This document shows positions 38,903 to 50,981 of a stretch of DNA of 64,000 nt, piece by piece (position 1 is the stretch's first letter; each line of letters opens with the position of its first letter). Source of the stretch: Octopus sinensis. Its lineage: Eukaryota. The stretch is from contig NC_043002.1 in NCBI RefSeq assembly GCF_006345805.1, forward strand, positions 109,182,001 through 109,246,000, given 5' to 3'. The notes beneath the pieces were generated by a model, which did no database searches, was not told the origin of the DNA, and saw only the letters and a program-made list of their open reading frames with translations. Made by a program: the position numbers and the translations under genes.

Positions 38903-39790
38903 AATTTCTTGTTGTTATTGTACATCTCTGTTAGAATCTGCTCTGGTTCAAACTTGGTCCACTGAATGCTGGTATCATCTCTAACAAAGAATTAGAGATT
39001 CTAGCTCAAAATTGTGCTTAACAGTCAACAGAAGGTAAATCTGGAAATATTTCTGTGGTATTTGCCAGGGCTAACTTCTAATGTATTGTAAGGAATGTTC
39101 TCAAGATCTCTGATTCATTTCAGCAATAGGTTAATAAGTTTTGGACTTCTGATTCGAAATTAATTTCCTCTGCATTCTTATAGGCACCTGTGTGTAATTA
39201 AGAGATTTTGCAAAGTTTTCCTTTTTCCTTTCTCATTATAGGAAATTATGGAACCTGGTTTTGTAAGAAGGTTCTTCAGACAAAAAGAATGGCACCTAAA
39301 ATAGCTCCCAATAATCTTTGCTTTCAAGGGGCTAGATTTTAGGTGCTAATAATATTTCCACATTTTCATGGATTTATAGGTCTTCATTTAATGTTGGAAA
39401 TAAGAAGTCCAAAACTTATTAACCTATTGCTGAAATGAATCAGAGATCTTGAGAACATTCCTTACAATACATTAGAAGTTAGCCCTGGCAAATACCACAG
39501 AAATATTTCCAGATTTACCTTCTGTTGACTGTTAAGCACAATTTTGAGCTAGAATCTCTAATTCTTTGTTAGAGATGATACCAGCATTCAATGGACCAAG
39601 TTTGAACCAGAGCAGATTCTAACAGAGATGTACTGAGTTCAATAACAACAAGAAATTTCAGTTATTCTAGATGAAGTAGAATCATGCTTTGATACAATGC
39701 CATTACTATTGTTTAGTTTCTTCAGATTCTAATCATCCAACCAGATTTTTGTCTAGCTTTCATGGCCTTTCTAGTAATCCAATCTCTTGT
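38903..39790 (-). mobile_element. Decayed CR1/L2-type LINE 3' region carrying a near-perfect inverted duplication
   Basis: KARQKSGWMIRI..LHLE and RSPKLINLL..IRDL..FPDLP remnants; arms 38903-39150 and 39403-39657. Confidence 0.65.
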
Positions 39791-41539
39791 CGCAACATAA
39801 ACTCAATTTTTTAGTGGGGAGATAACCCAATTTTTTAATAGGGGTGATATAACCAAAATGTACCAAATATTTTTGTCATCTGAATTTATTTTCTATTTTC
39901 GATATTTTTATGTCATTTGTGAATGCTTGTACAATCACACGGTTAAATCTCCTACGTCATCAGTGGGAAAAAAAATTAAAGGGCTGACATATACTCCTTT
40001 GGGATTCTGGGCATTTCAATTTGTTCAAACTGTTGAAACTAAACACTGATGAAAAATTTTGATGCACAATTTGCAATCTAAATGTAAGATATTTCCCTTT
40101 AACAAAAGTATGTTCTTTGATTCCTAACATGTAGCTTCCTCGTGGAAGCTGTTCAGCCTGCAGAACAAACTGATGTACAAGTTCGTTATGAGAAGATGAA
40201 AGCTCTATAATTGGCAGGTTTTGTTATCTCTTACTAGAAATCTTTTCCTATTTGATTGTTTACGTAAGACAAGTTCAATCTTAACAATGGAAGAAAAGCT
40301 ATGACATAAACGATAAAGTTACTAATTTCATTACCAAATATTTCTATTCTCTAATTTTTTTATTAATGAATGTCAAGAATAGATTGAAAAATAATCAATA
40401 AAGATAATACTAATGAAAAGTCCAAGACTTGTACACCACTCGGAAATGCAGGTTAATGTAATCAAACAGTTGGTCTAAACGACGCCTGTCATTCAACCTG
40501 TTTGTGGTGCAAGATTAAAGTTGTCGGTGTGTCATGTTATTTCAGAGATATTCATCACTATAAGTATATCAGTGTATATTCAAATAATGAAAGTATTTAA
40601 ATAGCTGCAGTATTCGTTAATTAAACTAATTACACTACTATATCCTCGAAATCATTTCATGGTTTGGTTTCATCACTAGGACAGTGCTCGCTCAGAGCGC
40701 TGGACAGTTGTCATATTCTTGTATTGTCCAACTTCTTTTAAATATGGCAATATTTATGTTGTGTAAGCTCTGTATTAGGTGTGCTGGATGGGGGAGCATT
40801 GATCTCCTTTGTTTACAGTTATCAAAAACATCCACGTGTTGGTGGGCTAGTTTTGATTTCAATAAGTCGCTTTCAACAGTGTTAAAATAATTTAACATAT
40901 AAATGATTGACATGCTAAAAACTTACAATAATGGGGAAAGCACTGGTTCCTTCATTCCTTCTATGACATTATCCTGGTAACATATCTATTACAAGAGATC
41001 GATGTTGCCATTAACATGTCCGTGGAGATTTTCTAGGGTCTGGATCATGAAAAAGGCATCAAAGAAAGCGTGAGATAACAACATCGGAAAAGCAAGTGTC
41101 CGGTGTCAAGCAAGACCGACGATTGAGAAATTTACTTTTTACAATTACGGAAAGCTAATTCAAATAACTTGTAACATGACTAATTAGTAACATATCAAAA
41201 AATCTACAATATCCAATGCCTTTATATATATTAAATTAATTGAATGGAGTAAAAACCTAGAACATGTAAACATGCTCCCCTGTATATACTGTCCTTGGTT
41301 TATTTTCGGATCAGTTATCCGAAAAAAAAATCAATTATTCGAACAAAATACTTCTCGCCCGTCTAGTTCGGATAATTGAGTTTGTACTGACTACAGGTAA
41401 TACTCTACACAGGTTATGGAAGTAACAATCTCAAGAGAACCATCATAACATTTGAGAGTTCAGTCGACATCACACCAACTTAATTGGACAAAAGTAATTT
41501 ACTTAAATAGAGTAAGGGATACTTCATTGGATTCGACTT

Positions 41540-41760
41540 AGGATGGGAAACAATTGTCTACATTAAACACATAAAAACAATTTACAAATAAACGTCGCCT
41601 TACTTCCAAATATTGTTCTTCTTTGTCTATTTTTTCCTCAATAAACATCCATTGTCAATGTAAATAGCACCAAATACCGTCAAGTGTCATCGTTTCTCTC
41701 AGTTCGTTTCAGTTAAGGGAAATGGTTTGGAGAAACCAAGATGGCGGTGTACACATCAAT
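41540..41760 (-). promoter_or_regulatory. Promoter/non-coding exon 1 of ZNF-2
   Basis: ACACCGCCATCTTGGTTTCTC (YY1-type motif, near-identical to 57940-57960), GTAAGG donor at 41603, conserved TTTCCCATCC. Confidence 0.6.
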
Positions 41761-41994
41761 TCCATCGGTCATCTGATGTATCAGAAGAAATCTCTCAACT
41801 TTAATGCCTTCATATTTCAGAGACAACTCTGTAGTGATTATCTCACTATTATCAACACTGTAAACCTAATCCAGCTGTTTAGTATTGTATGTAAATTTGG
41901 AAAGATTTCTCTTTGCATGGGCATTTTTTTGTTAAACTACGTGCTAGTAAGTGAAAGCAAGTAAGGGAGATAAGTGCTATAACTTGAAATCTTC

Positions 41995-42345
41995 GCAAAA
42001 TGGATGGAAGCACTCCGTCGGTTACGACGACGAGGGTTCCGGTTGATCCGAATCAACGGAACAGCCTGCTCGTGAAATTAACGTGTAAGTGGCTGAGCAC
42101 TCCACAGATACGTGTACCCTTAACGTAGTTCTCGGGGATATTCAGCGTGACACAGAGAGTGACAAGGCCGGCCCTTTGAAATACAGGTGCTACAGAAACA
42201 TGAAGTAAGAGTGGGAGAAAGTTGTGGTGAAAGAGTACAGCAGGGATCACCACCATCCCCTGCCGGAGCCCCGTGGAGCTTTAGGTGTTTTCGCTCAATA
42301 AACACTCACAACGCCCGGTCTGGGAATCGAAACCGCTGCCCTAAC
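41995..42345 (-). mobile_element. tRNA-derived SINE family D; related copies at about 9590-9900 and 23960-24120
   Basis: Shared AAGTGGCTGAG..CTCCACAGA..GTACCCTTAA.GTAGTTCTC..GGAGATTCAGC core; GGTTTCGATTCCC B-box-like head. Confidence 0.65.
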
Positions 42346-42436
42346 GGTAATATCTTGTCATTAAAAGCAACTGGTGAAAATAGCATACATGTTTATAACA
42401 CTAGCGAACGACAATCTAATCAGTTGGCAAAACAAA

Positions 42437-42657
42437 CTTTATTTAAAAGCCGTAGAAATATCACAAAAACTGTTACTCAGAGTTTCACGTTCCCGTTCGT
42501 CGGACAGTTCCATTCTAACAAAACAGTCCGATGAACGGGAAACGGCGAGTAACAGTTTTTTGGTGATATTTCTGCTGCTTTTAAATAAAGCATGTTACTC
42601 TACCTCTGGTATTTGAGTACTCTTTTCCACCTTGTTTCGCATTTATGTGCTTACTTT
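42437..42657. mobile_element. Second copy of the hammerhead hairpin family, opposite orientation
   Basis: Shares the ...GAGTACTCAAATACCAGAGGTAGAGTAA.ATGCTTTATTTAAA body; intact CCGACGA motif on - strand 42470-42507, stem II deleted on + strand 42524-42555. Confidence 0.75.
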
Positions 42658-42812
42658 TTAATGATGGGTAACAGTTTCAAGGAACGGTCAGGTACGAAGA
42701 CTAGAAATCCTATCTTGTCTTGTCTATCCCATTATTGTCTATCCCATTATTTACTTTGCTTTTTATTTGATTTGTGTAAAAAAAAACATATACATTGTTT
42801 TAAAAAATAATT

Positions 42813-43220
42813 GGATCTTTTCGGTTTGAACGGCAGTTTTTAAAAATAATTTCCACGTAACTAAACACTTTTAAACTTCGTATACTGGTAGAATGTGTTT
42901 ATAAAACATCTTTTTCTCTTGTTTTTATTGAGAAAATTCAATAGTTTGTAAAATATTTGTTGTTTTCTTTCTTCAATTTCTGCAATTTCAACCAATCAGT
43001 GACGTCTATTGTGGTAAAAAGACATTCTGTGTCGTATGAATATGTCCCTCGTTTAAGAAACGGATTGGGTTTATTTACATTTGTGAAGAAAAAATACCCT
43101 TCCCCTACCCTAACCCTAAAACAGATTGAAATGCAATAGATCGATACTAGGGTCATAATTATGGGTGACAATTTCAAATGACACCGCTAGGAAAAACTTC
43201 CGTTCAAACCGAAAAAATCT
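42813..43220. mobile_element. Monomer of the same MITE family
   Basis: 21-bp TIRs starting GG, exact 8-bp TSD AAATAATT. Confidence 0.88.
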
Positions 43221-43730
43221 AAATAATTTATTTACTTTCTTTAAAAAATTCTTTTATTTTGTTACCAAACATGTATCGCGCATGCGCACTTCAACTCATT
43301 TGCATACACCCAAGTCCTAGTAGGATCAACTACTTGCGACTAGCTAGCGCGGATGCCCGACTGCGCGCACCGGGACCATTATTCGCTAGTCAAAAAGAAT
43401 GCTAGTCCGTCGTGACTAGTCGATCCTTCAACGACTACCTAGCGCGAGTATGCAAATTAATAGATGCGTGCATAATAGTATATAATGGCTGAATATATAT
43501 AAAATAAAATTGTTTTTTTCTTAAACAAAGTAAATAAAAGACTCAATGAAAGAAATTATTTACTTTGTGTTTTATTTACTTCGTTTAAAAAAAAATTATT
43601 TGTTAAAAAAACCTCATACATGTTTAGCGCATGAGAGTGTGATTTTTATTCGCGCACTCGCGTTATGTAGTCTTTGTAGGATCGACTAGTCACGACTAGC
43701 TAGCACCGGGACCACGCTTGTAGAAAAGTA

Positions 43731-44150
43731 CCCCAGACCTTGGGGAAAAAAAAGAATTTTGGTTGTCTTGTTGTAGTCGAGGGCTCTTCGTTGATGCCCA
43801 ACACCACTGGGAGGTGGCTCTCGAAGTCGTTGGAAATGGAGATCTCCAGGTCCAAATTCTTGAACGGCGGCAAATTAGCTGATGGTATGTGGAAGGACCT
43901 TTCAAGTGTTTGGCCTAAGGGTGATTAGGTGATGGTCTAGGGCTTAGGGGCGGGAGACCCCAGACCTTGGAAAAAAGAAAAAAAAACGGTGATCATCTTG
44001 TTGTAGTCAAGGGCTCTTCGTTGACACTCGACATCACTGGGAGGTGGCCCTCGAAGTCGTTGGAAATGGAGATCTCCAGGTCCAAATTCTTGAACGGTGG
44101 CAAAGCAGCTGATGCTGATGCTGTGTGGAAGGACGTTTCAAGTGTTTGGC
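43731..44150. repeat. Tandem pair of a 227-bp GC-richer unit
   Basis: CCCCAGACCTTGG at 43731 and 43958; shared TCGAAGTCGTTGGAAATGGAGATCTCCAGGTCCAAATTCTTGAACGG. Confidence 0.85.
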
Positions 44151-44669
44151 TTCACAGAGACAATGATGAATAACTCAGACCTTTTGCATTATGTCTTGCT
44201 TGTGAAGGCCATCAAGCGAAGTAAAGTCGTAGTTCTGGCAGACTCTGATGTCACTTTAAAGCAGCCATTACACTCACGGAGTGGTTGGTGTTAGATAAGG
44301 TTATCCAGAAGTAGAAACCATGCCAAATCAGCCCCAGTCTGAGGCAGCCTTCCAGTCCTGGTCAAACCGTCCAAACCATGTCAACTTGGACAACAGACGT
44401 TAAATGATGATGACTCTGGTTAAACCGAGGTATAGCTGAAGGCACTTGCTCAATGTGCTCTGCATTGGGATTGAACCCCTAACCATGAGGTTGGGAAGAA
44501 AGTTCCTTACCACACAAACACGCCTGTCTGCATTTTTTGACTGTTAGGTTGTAGGTGTAGCGATATCGTTACACTCATTGCTATCTTCACTATTTGAGAA
44601 GAGTATTAAGAATAATCTCGTTCGAGATTACAAACATCTTCGGCTAGTTTAACATTGTTGTAAACACTA

Positions 44670-44780
44670 ATTCGATTGGCTGACACGTGGTCTCTACTAC
44701 GTTCGCACCGCTGGTTGTCACGTGACGCGATTTGCCTCCGCTTATTTTCGCGCCATTGTTCCAAGCAGCCAATCACAGCT
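44670..44780. promoter_or_regulatory. CpG-rich promoter-like island
   Basis: ATTGG 44675, CACGTG 44684, GTCACGTGAC 44717, TTTCGCGC (E2F-type) 44746, CCAAT 44769 within about 100 bp. Confidence 0.45.
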
Positions 44781-45707
44781 TTCCATTTCTGAAGTTCGTT
44801 TTGAGCCACATAAACCTTATATAAGGAAATGTTCTCAGACAAATATCCGTCTTTGGTTCAAGTCCTTCTCAGGGCGAACCTCTGACCACACAGAGTTCGT
44901 CTTTGGTTCTAGTTCTTCTCAGAACGGACCTCTGACCACACAGAGCATACTCGACCATGTTCCAGTTCGAAAGGCAGGCGACCACCATTATATCAAGAGA
45001 AAAATAACCAAGCAGAATATATGATGAAGACGCAGCAAAAACCAAGCGACAGATACAACTCATCGCCAAACATCGAAGATTTAATTTGTACACAAGACAA
45101 CCACAGATTCAACTATAGCGGTTAGGTGAAAATATCACCACGGGAAAAACGGCTACAGTTAATATATCTGGAAATATATTCATATCAAGAGAAAGATAAA
45201 CACAAGTGATTCAATTAATCTCAACTACGAGACGCAACATCTTGATATGGAACTCTTGCCCTCCGTGTACCTCATGAACGGTAAATCAATTATCTGTCTT
45301 GAGTTCTAGTTCTTCTAAGAACTACCTTAAGCCATCTGCTACTACCTGTTGCTAGGCTGATACCAACAACGTGAATTGTGAACCAAATTCCATTGTTATT
45401 TCTCTGGTCAGTACCTTTTATGCCTCACGAACACACAGACACAAAAACATGCTAACACTTACAAACTTCCAACCAACAGGATTGTAAAATATGTAAAATA
45501 AATAATGTATATATATCAAAAATAAATCTTGTTGTCATCCCACTTGTGTTTTGCCGCTGTATGTATTATATGGTCTGTAAAATAATCATTAAGAATGGGA
45601 TCGCGTGCGATTGTATTCCCTATACGATACGACCGCATATGATCCTATTTTTATATAGGTAATCCCTGATGTCAATGCATGTTCATAAAAATAGCTATTA
45701 TTATAAT

Positions 45708-46095
45708 AGGCGTAGTGGCTGTGTGGTAAGTAGCTTACTTACCAACCACATGGTTCCGAGTTCAGTCCCACTACATAGCACCTTGGGCAAATGTATTCTA
45801 CTATAGCCTCGGGCCAACCAAAGCCTTGTGAGTGGATTTGGTAGACGGAAACTGAAAGAAGCCTGTTGTTTATATGTATGTGTGTGTGTATGTTTGTGTG
45901 TCTGTGTTTGTCCCCCCAACATCGCTTGACAACTGATGCTGGTGTGCTTACGTCCCTGTAACTTAGCGGTTCAGCAAAAGAGACCGATAGAATAAGTACT
46001 AGGCTTACAAAGTATAAGTCCTGGGGGTCAATTTGCTCGACTAAAGGCAGTGCTCCAGCATGGCCACAGTCACATGATTGAAACAAGTAAAAGAG
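45708..46095 (+). mobile_element. SINE family B
   Basis: Full-length head-to-tail match to other copies. Confidence 0.85.
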
Positions 46096-46343
46096 TATGT
46101 CTTATAGTGACGACATTGAAGTTGACAATGAAGAAATAGGTATAGGAAATAATATATTCTACAATGAAGATAATGAAATTGAGGCCGGCAGTGGGCAATT
46201 TGAGACGAAAATCTCTATAAATTACACCAATGATCAATTGCATGGTTCCTGTATCAGGGGACCAGTATTTTGTAACAGAATATATGAGTAAACTTTCTGA
46301 AAATGACCAGGTGAAAATTAAAAAAGGAGAATTGAAAGTGAAA

Positions 46344-46741
46344 TCTCTATGTGTATAGAGCTGAAGTTGTCTGTGTATGGCAGGTTTGGTAGCCTTCAAC
46401 TAACACTATCTCCTCCGAGACCCTGCGGCGCAGGTTGACCAAAATTGAGAGTATGATAGAAGAAGGCTTGCTCTTCCTTCCATAGAAGATAAAATTCAAA
46501 TCGGACCATGTTAAGGACCAAAAATTATTTACATCAAGAAGGTGCTTTTTTTCTATGAAAGTCCCTATTTTTTACGATTTTTTTTACTGCTGTATCGCCA
46601 TTTTTCGGTGTATTTCAACCAGAAAAATGAATGTTCGCTTAAAGAGAATAACAAGCTACATAATGCAAAATTTTTACTTTTCAAAAATTCCAATTCTGAA
46701 GGGTCGAAAAGAACCCGAGCAACGCCGGGTTATACTGCTAG
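46344..46741 (+). mobile_element. Non-autonomous Helitron-type element, different body
   Basis: A|TC...CCCGAGCAACGCCGGGTTATACTGCTAG|T. Confidence 0.65.
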
Positions 46742-47796
46742 TCGTTAATATAAGGGAACAGACAAAAATGCTGGAACGAATCCAACCAGTCAGTAGAGAC
46801 ATCTATTGGAGAATTCAAGAAATACAATCATATAAAGGGAAATAACTTCTACACTACTTCAACCAAGCTCCAATTATGAATTAAGGTGCTTAATTACCGA
46901 TCACGACTCGCAGTTTGTATCTGAACACGGTAAGTTGACAAATATTGACTTTAAGGCTCTAATGAAGATAATAATACTAGTAATAACAATGTAAATAATA
47001 GAATTCTGTGAACTTCTCGGTGTCACAGTAATTATTTTGAAGCGAAAACATAAAAACTTTAGGAAAATATATTTCCTCGTCTTAAATAATAACTTCCAAA
47101 CTGAAATGTTGGTTTGTTGTTTATGAAAACCTTTTATCGGCTGTTACGTGTGATATAGAGGAAATTTATTTGTAAAATGAGAGTAAAACGAACGGAGAAC
47201 TGGCATAACTACAGATTCATGCCCCACAACTTTGGATGATCGTAACTTTAATTAAATTTTCTACGAATATTTGTTAAAGTATGTAGATTCCGAATATACC
47301 AAACTGGTAAACTTTTGTAGGAAACTGCTTTTGGTGTGATGAGTTTCAGAAAACTAAGCGGCGTCAACTTCAATTCTTAACTTTCAAGAAAATAGATGTC
47401 ATATTTTTAAATGAAATTTTCTACAAATATGCCTCGGACGATATAGATTCAGAGAAGGTATGAATTTTGGGGGAAAACAATTCGGAGGTTTACTCTTGAG
47501 GACCGTTCATTTATTTATTTTCTAAAATATTCCTTAATTCTTGCAACCTCTTCACTGGTTCTTGACCATGTACATTATCGGAGCTTTTTCTTTTTGTTTG
47601 TTGCTGTGCATGTGTGTATGTATGCGGCTGCTTGCATGAATATACACGTATGTATATATATATTATATATATATATTATATATATATATATACCGGAGTA
47701 AACACATAAATGTGAAACAAGGTGGAAAAAAGAGTACTCAAATACCAGTGGTAGAGTAATATGCTTTATTTAAAGCAGCAGAAAATTCAACAAAAC

Positions 47797-47834
47797 CTGT
47801 TACTCTGAGTTTCACGTCCCCGTTCGTCAGACAG
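47797..47834 (-). ncRNA. Minimal type I hammerhead ribozyme with canonical core
   Basis: CTGT-CTGACGA-ACG ggga CGT-GAAAC-TCAGA-GTA-ACAG. Confidence 0.7.
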
Positions 47835-47844
47835 TTAGCAAAAA

Positions 47845-47882
47845 CTGTCCGACGAACGGGAACGTGAAACTCAGAGTAACAG
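47845..47882 (+). ncRNA. Minimal type I hammerhead-like motif (CCGA variant)
   Basis: CTGT-CCGACGA-ACG ggaa CGT-GAAAC-TCAGA-GTA-ACAG. Confidence 0.6.
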
Positions 47883-47918
47883 GTTTTGTTGAATTTTCTG
47901 CTGCTTTAAATAAAGTAT

Positions 47919-48330
47919 ATATACATTGTGATGTTTGTGGTAAATCATTCTGTCAAACAGGTCACTTGACTGTTCACAAACGCATTCATACAGGAGAGAA
48001 ATCTTATCATTGTGAGATCTTTGGTGAGTCATTTTCTCAAGGGCATCAGTTGAATAGACACACACACACACACACATACAGGAGATAAGCCATAACCTTG
48101 CATTAGTTGTTGTAATTAATTTGTTGAAAATGGTGTTGTAAGTACACACGAAAATGTTCATACCAGACACAACCTATGTAATGGTCGTGTCTGTGTTAAA
48201 GCATTCTCTCATAGACTTGACTTAACTGTACATGAACAAATCCCTACATGAGAGTAGCCATGTCAGTGTGACACATGTGGCAAATCATTCTCTTGAAAAA
48301 TCCACATGCATAAACATGTGGGTATTACTG
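47919..48330 (+). pseudogene. Decayed C2H2 zinc-finger relic
   Basis: [49 protein letters not shown]..., then stops and frameshifts; cut at the 5' side by a hairpin element. Confidence 0.85.
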
Positions 48331-49309
48331 TCTCAATGTCAAAATTTATTAAGTCATAACAATAATTAACACTAATTGGTCTGCTAAAACACAGGCTTTT
48401 TCCTTTCATCAGTTATAGTAATTTCTTAATAAAGGATAATGAATAAAATATTTATTTTGTGCTTGTTTTTTTTACTCTATATCTGGACCCTGTTCCCTTT
48501 CTACCTTAAACCTGTCAACTGGCACAAAGTGACATTCCTTCAATACTACCTTCCTCCCTCCCAGTTGTGAGCTATTTTGTCTTGCAAGGTTCTTGGAGAC
48601 CATGTTGGTTTTGTTGTCATATAAAAAAGAAAAAATAACACCCTGTGCTCTCTGTAATATGGCTGACATTAGGAAATGCATTCTGCTGTAGAAAACAAGC
48701 CAAAACAGACAAGGGAAACTGGTGCAACTCATGGCTTTGTCAGCTCTGGTCAACCTATCCAACATATGCCTGTATGGAACACAGACATTAAATGTTGATG
48801 AAGAAAGCATGTATAGTGTGGTGTTATGGGCTGTGATGAGCTATGTGGTGTTGGTGGAGAAGATTGCAGATGAAGTAGACAGAAGTGAAGACTGCAGGGG
48901 CCGGAGGATCAGCCACGAGGCATGCATGGGCAGGAAGCACATGCGGCAGTTCAAGGAGACAGCAGCGTGCAAGGATGTGTTTATTTCTTGACAGTGATCG
49001 CTCATCCCGCCTAGGTCAATAGTTAAGATCCTTGTATTTCTTACTCCCGTTGGCTTCTTTTTCCTCCATCACTCTACATATAGCATGATGAAATGTTTCT
49101 CCTTTGACATGCACATCATCATCGTTTAACGTCCGCCTTCCATGCTAGCATGGGTTGGACGATTTTGACTAAGGGCTGGTGAACCAGATGGCTGCACCAG
49201 GCTCCAATCTTGATTTGGCAGGGTTTCTACAGCTTGATGCCCTTCCTAACGCCAATCACTTCGAGAGTGTAGTGGATGCTTTTTACGTGTGATATTTTGA
49301 CGTATTGTA

Positions 49310-49490
49310 ACGTGTAAAGAAGTGCCAATACCTAACTGTGGCAGAGGTAGAACCAAGAAGTCATGGGATGAAGTGGTGAAGCATGATCTTTGACCTTTGA
49401 GCCTCACAGAGGCAATGACTGATGACAGAGAGCTTTAGCGATATGCTGTGCTTGAGAAGACTAGTCAAGCCAAGTGACTTCGTAGACATG
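49310..49490 (+). mobile_element. RTE-type LINE 3' fragment
   Basis: GRTKKSWDEVVKHDL..LSLTEAMTDDR..RYAVLEK. Confidence 0.65.
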
Positions 49491-50149
49491 GCTGATGCTG
49501 GTGTCGTGTAACCAGCACACTAGTTCTCTCTTTTTTCCTTAGTAAGTGGATGGAAATGAAAAAGTCTTTATTTCGATAAAGCTCAATAGTTTTACACAAT
49601 CAAATTAGAAAATTGGACAAAACAGAACACTATTGAAAAAGCTTACTCGTCGTTTGGTATGTAGGTGTCTTGTTTAATGCTATGTTCCCCATTATCCTAA
49701 GCTAACCAGTAATATTTTCCTCACAATAATAGTAAGTTGGGTAAAACGTCCATATTCTCTACTAGGCTAGGCCTCTCTCTTCACTTTAATGGTATACCTA
49801 TCTGTTCAACCAACGATTAGGATTTTGTTTTGAAAGTCGCGGGGTGGATCGACCGATGCTATATTAGGAAGGAACGACTTGTAGATGAGGATATGGACTA
49901 TCAATATATTCTACTATTTCCAAAATCTAAAACGTGCCAGCTCCCAAGGAGGCGATGCTTCGGAAAATGTACACACGTGACTTTGTTTACATTTCTGAAG
50001 ATAACAGAAACCCTTTTTTGAAATGTATCCGATACTTACATATACCGAAGGTTCGCCCACGAGGATTTCGGACGAGAATTGGTGTATCGGTATCAACACA
50101 ATATTTAACGCTAGTTTAATCCTACGATTTCACATCAAACTCTTCCGTC

Positions 50150-50537
50150 AAACCATCGTACAAACAATAACTCTGAGCACCTTTTCAAACTCCACCCATC
50201 TAACACCCGTGGACATATTTACAAAGTCAGAAAACTGCACAGCTCCCATGACCTCAGGAAACATTTTTTCACGCTGAGAGTTGCTGAAGCATGGAACAAA
50301 CTGCCGGCATCAGTTGTTAGTTGTCGGAGCACTGCATCCTTCAAAACTTCCATGCTTTCTGAGATTTACCAACACTACACCTGATTTTCTCCCCTCCATA
50401 CACACACAGGCATGTATCTGACTCATACATTGTTCGCTTTCCAGACATTTGTACATTACTGCATGTACTTTATATGCACTTTCTGACAAGTTGTGGTGCA
50501 CCTGAGAACAGTATACAATAATTTCATTATTATTATT
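50150..50537 (+). mobile_element. CR1-type LINE 3' end
   Basis: SEHLFKLHPSNTRGHIYKVRK..HFFTLRVAEAWNKLPASVV..SFK, with (ATT)n tail. Confidence 0.85.
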
Positions 50538-50574
50538 ATGTAACATGAACAAGGAAAGACAATTTACACGCTCT

Positions 50575-50700
50575 TTAGATCACGTGACTGGATATGGCCA
50601 ATAGAATTCATTTACGGAAGTAGAGTCGTCGTGGCGGGAGATAAAATTATTTAGCAGCTGTTGTTTATGATTGATGTTAATGCAATGTATAAAGGTGCGA
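50575..50700 (+). promoter_or_regulatory. Promoter/non-coding exon 1 of ZNF-3
   Basis: CACGTG 50581, CCAAT 50598, CGGAAGT (ETS-type), GGCGGGAG, AAG|GTGCGA donor at 50695. Confidence 0.6.
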
Positions 50701-50981
50701 TAACATTTATTTATCTATCGTTTGTATGTGTTGGATACAAATAATTGTTTCCCATCCTGGGTTGATACAACAGTCTTTCTGTTAATTATGGTTCAGTCCA
50801 ATTAACTAACCTCCCTTCTGTAAATTGCTGTTTGTGTGATGTTGGCTGTCGTGGATAGGTGTGATGGTTGTGTGTCCAGGTTCACATTTGCTGGTAAACA
50901 TTAGAGACTTTGGCGATGTTTCGCTTGTCGTAGCATAAGTTTCCGTCGATTTCCGTAAAAAATGTAAACACTGAATCGGCC

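Larger units (their letters stand above)
47693..47918. mobile_element. Hairpin element (76-bp arms) with hammerhead motifs on both strands
   Basis: Arms 47761-47836 and 47843-47918 with 3 mismatches; preceded by (TA)n; same family as 42437-42657. Confidence 0.8.

Noticed and set aside
40130-40720. Exon-like pieces (FLVEAVQPAEQTDVQVRYEKMK..; DSARSERWT)
   Set aside because: Frameshift or stop present, no recognisable family, no consistent splice chain
45708-45790. tRNA-like A/B boxes
   Set aside because: SINE heads, with no complete cloverleaf or acceptor stem; no true tRNA or rRNA gene seen in the window
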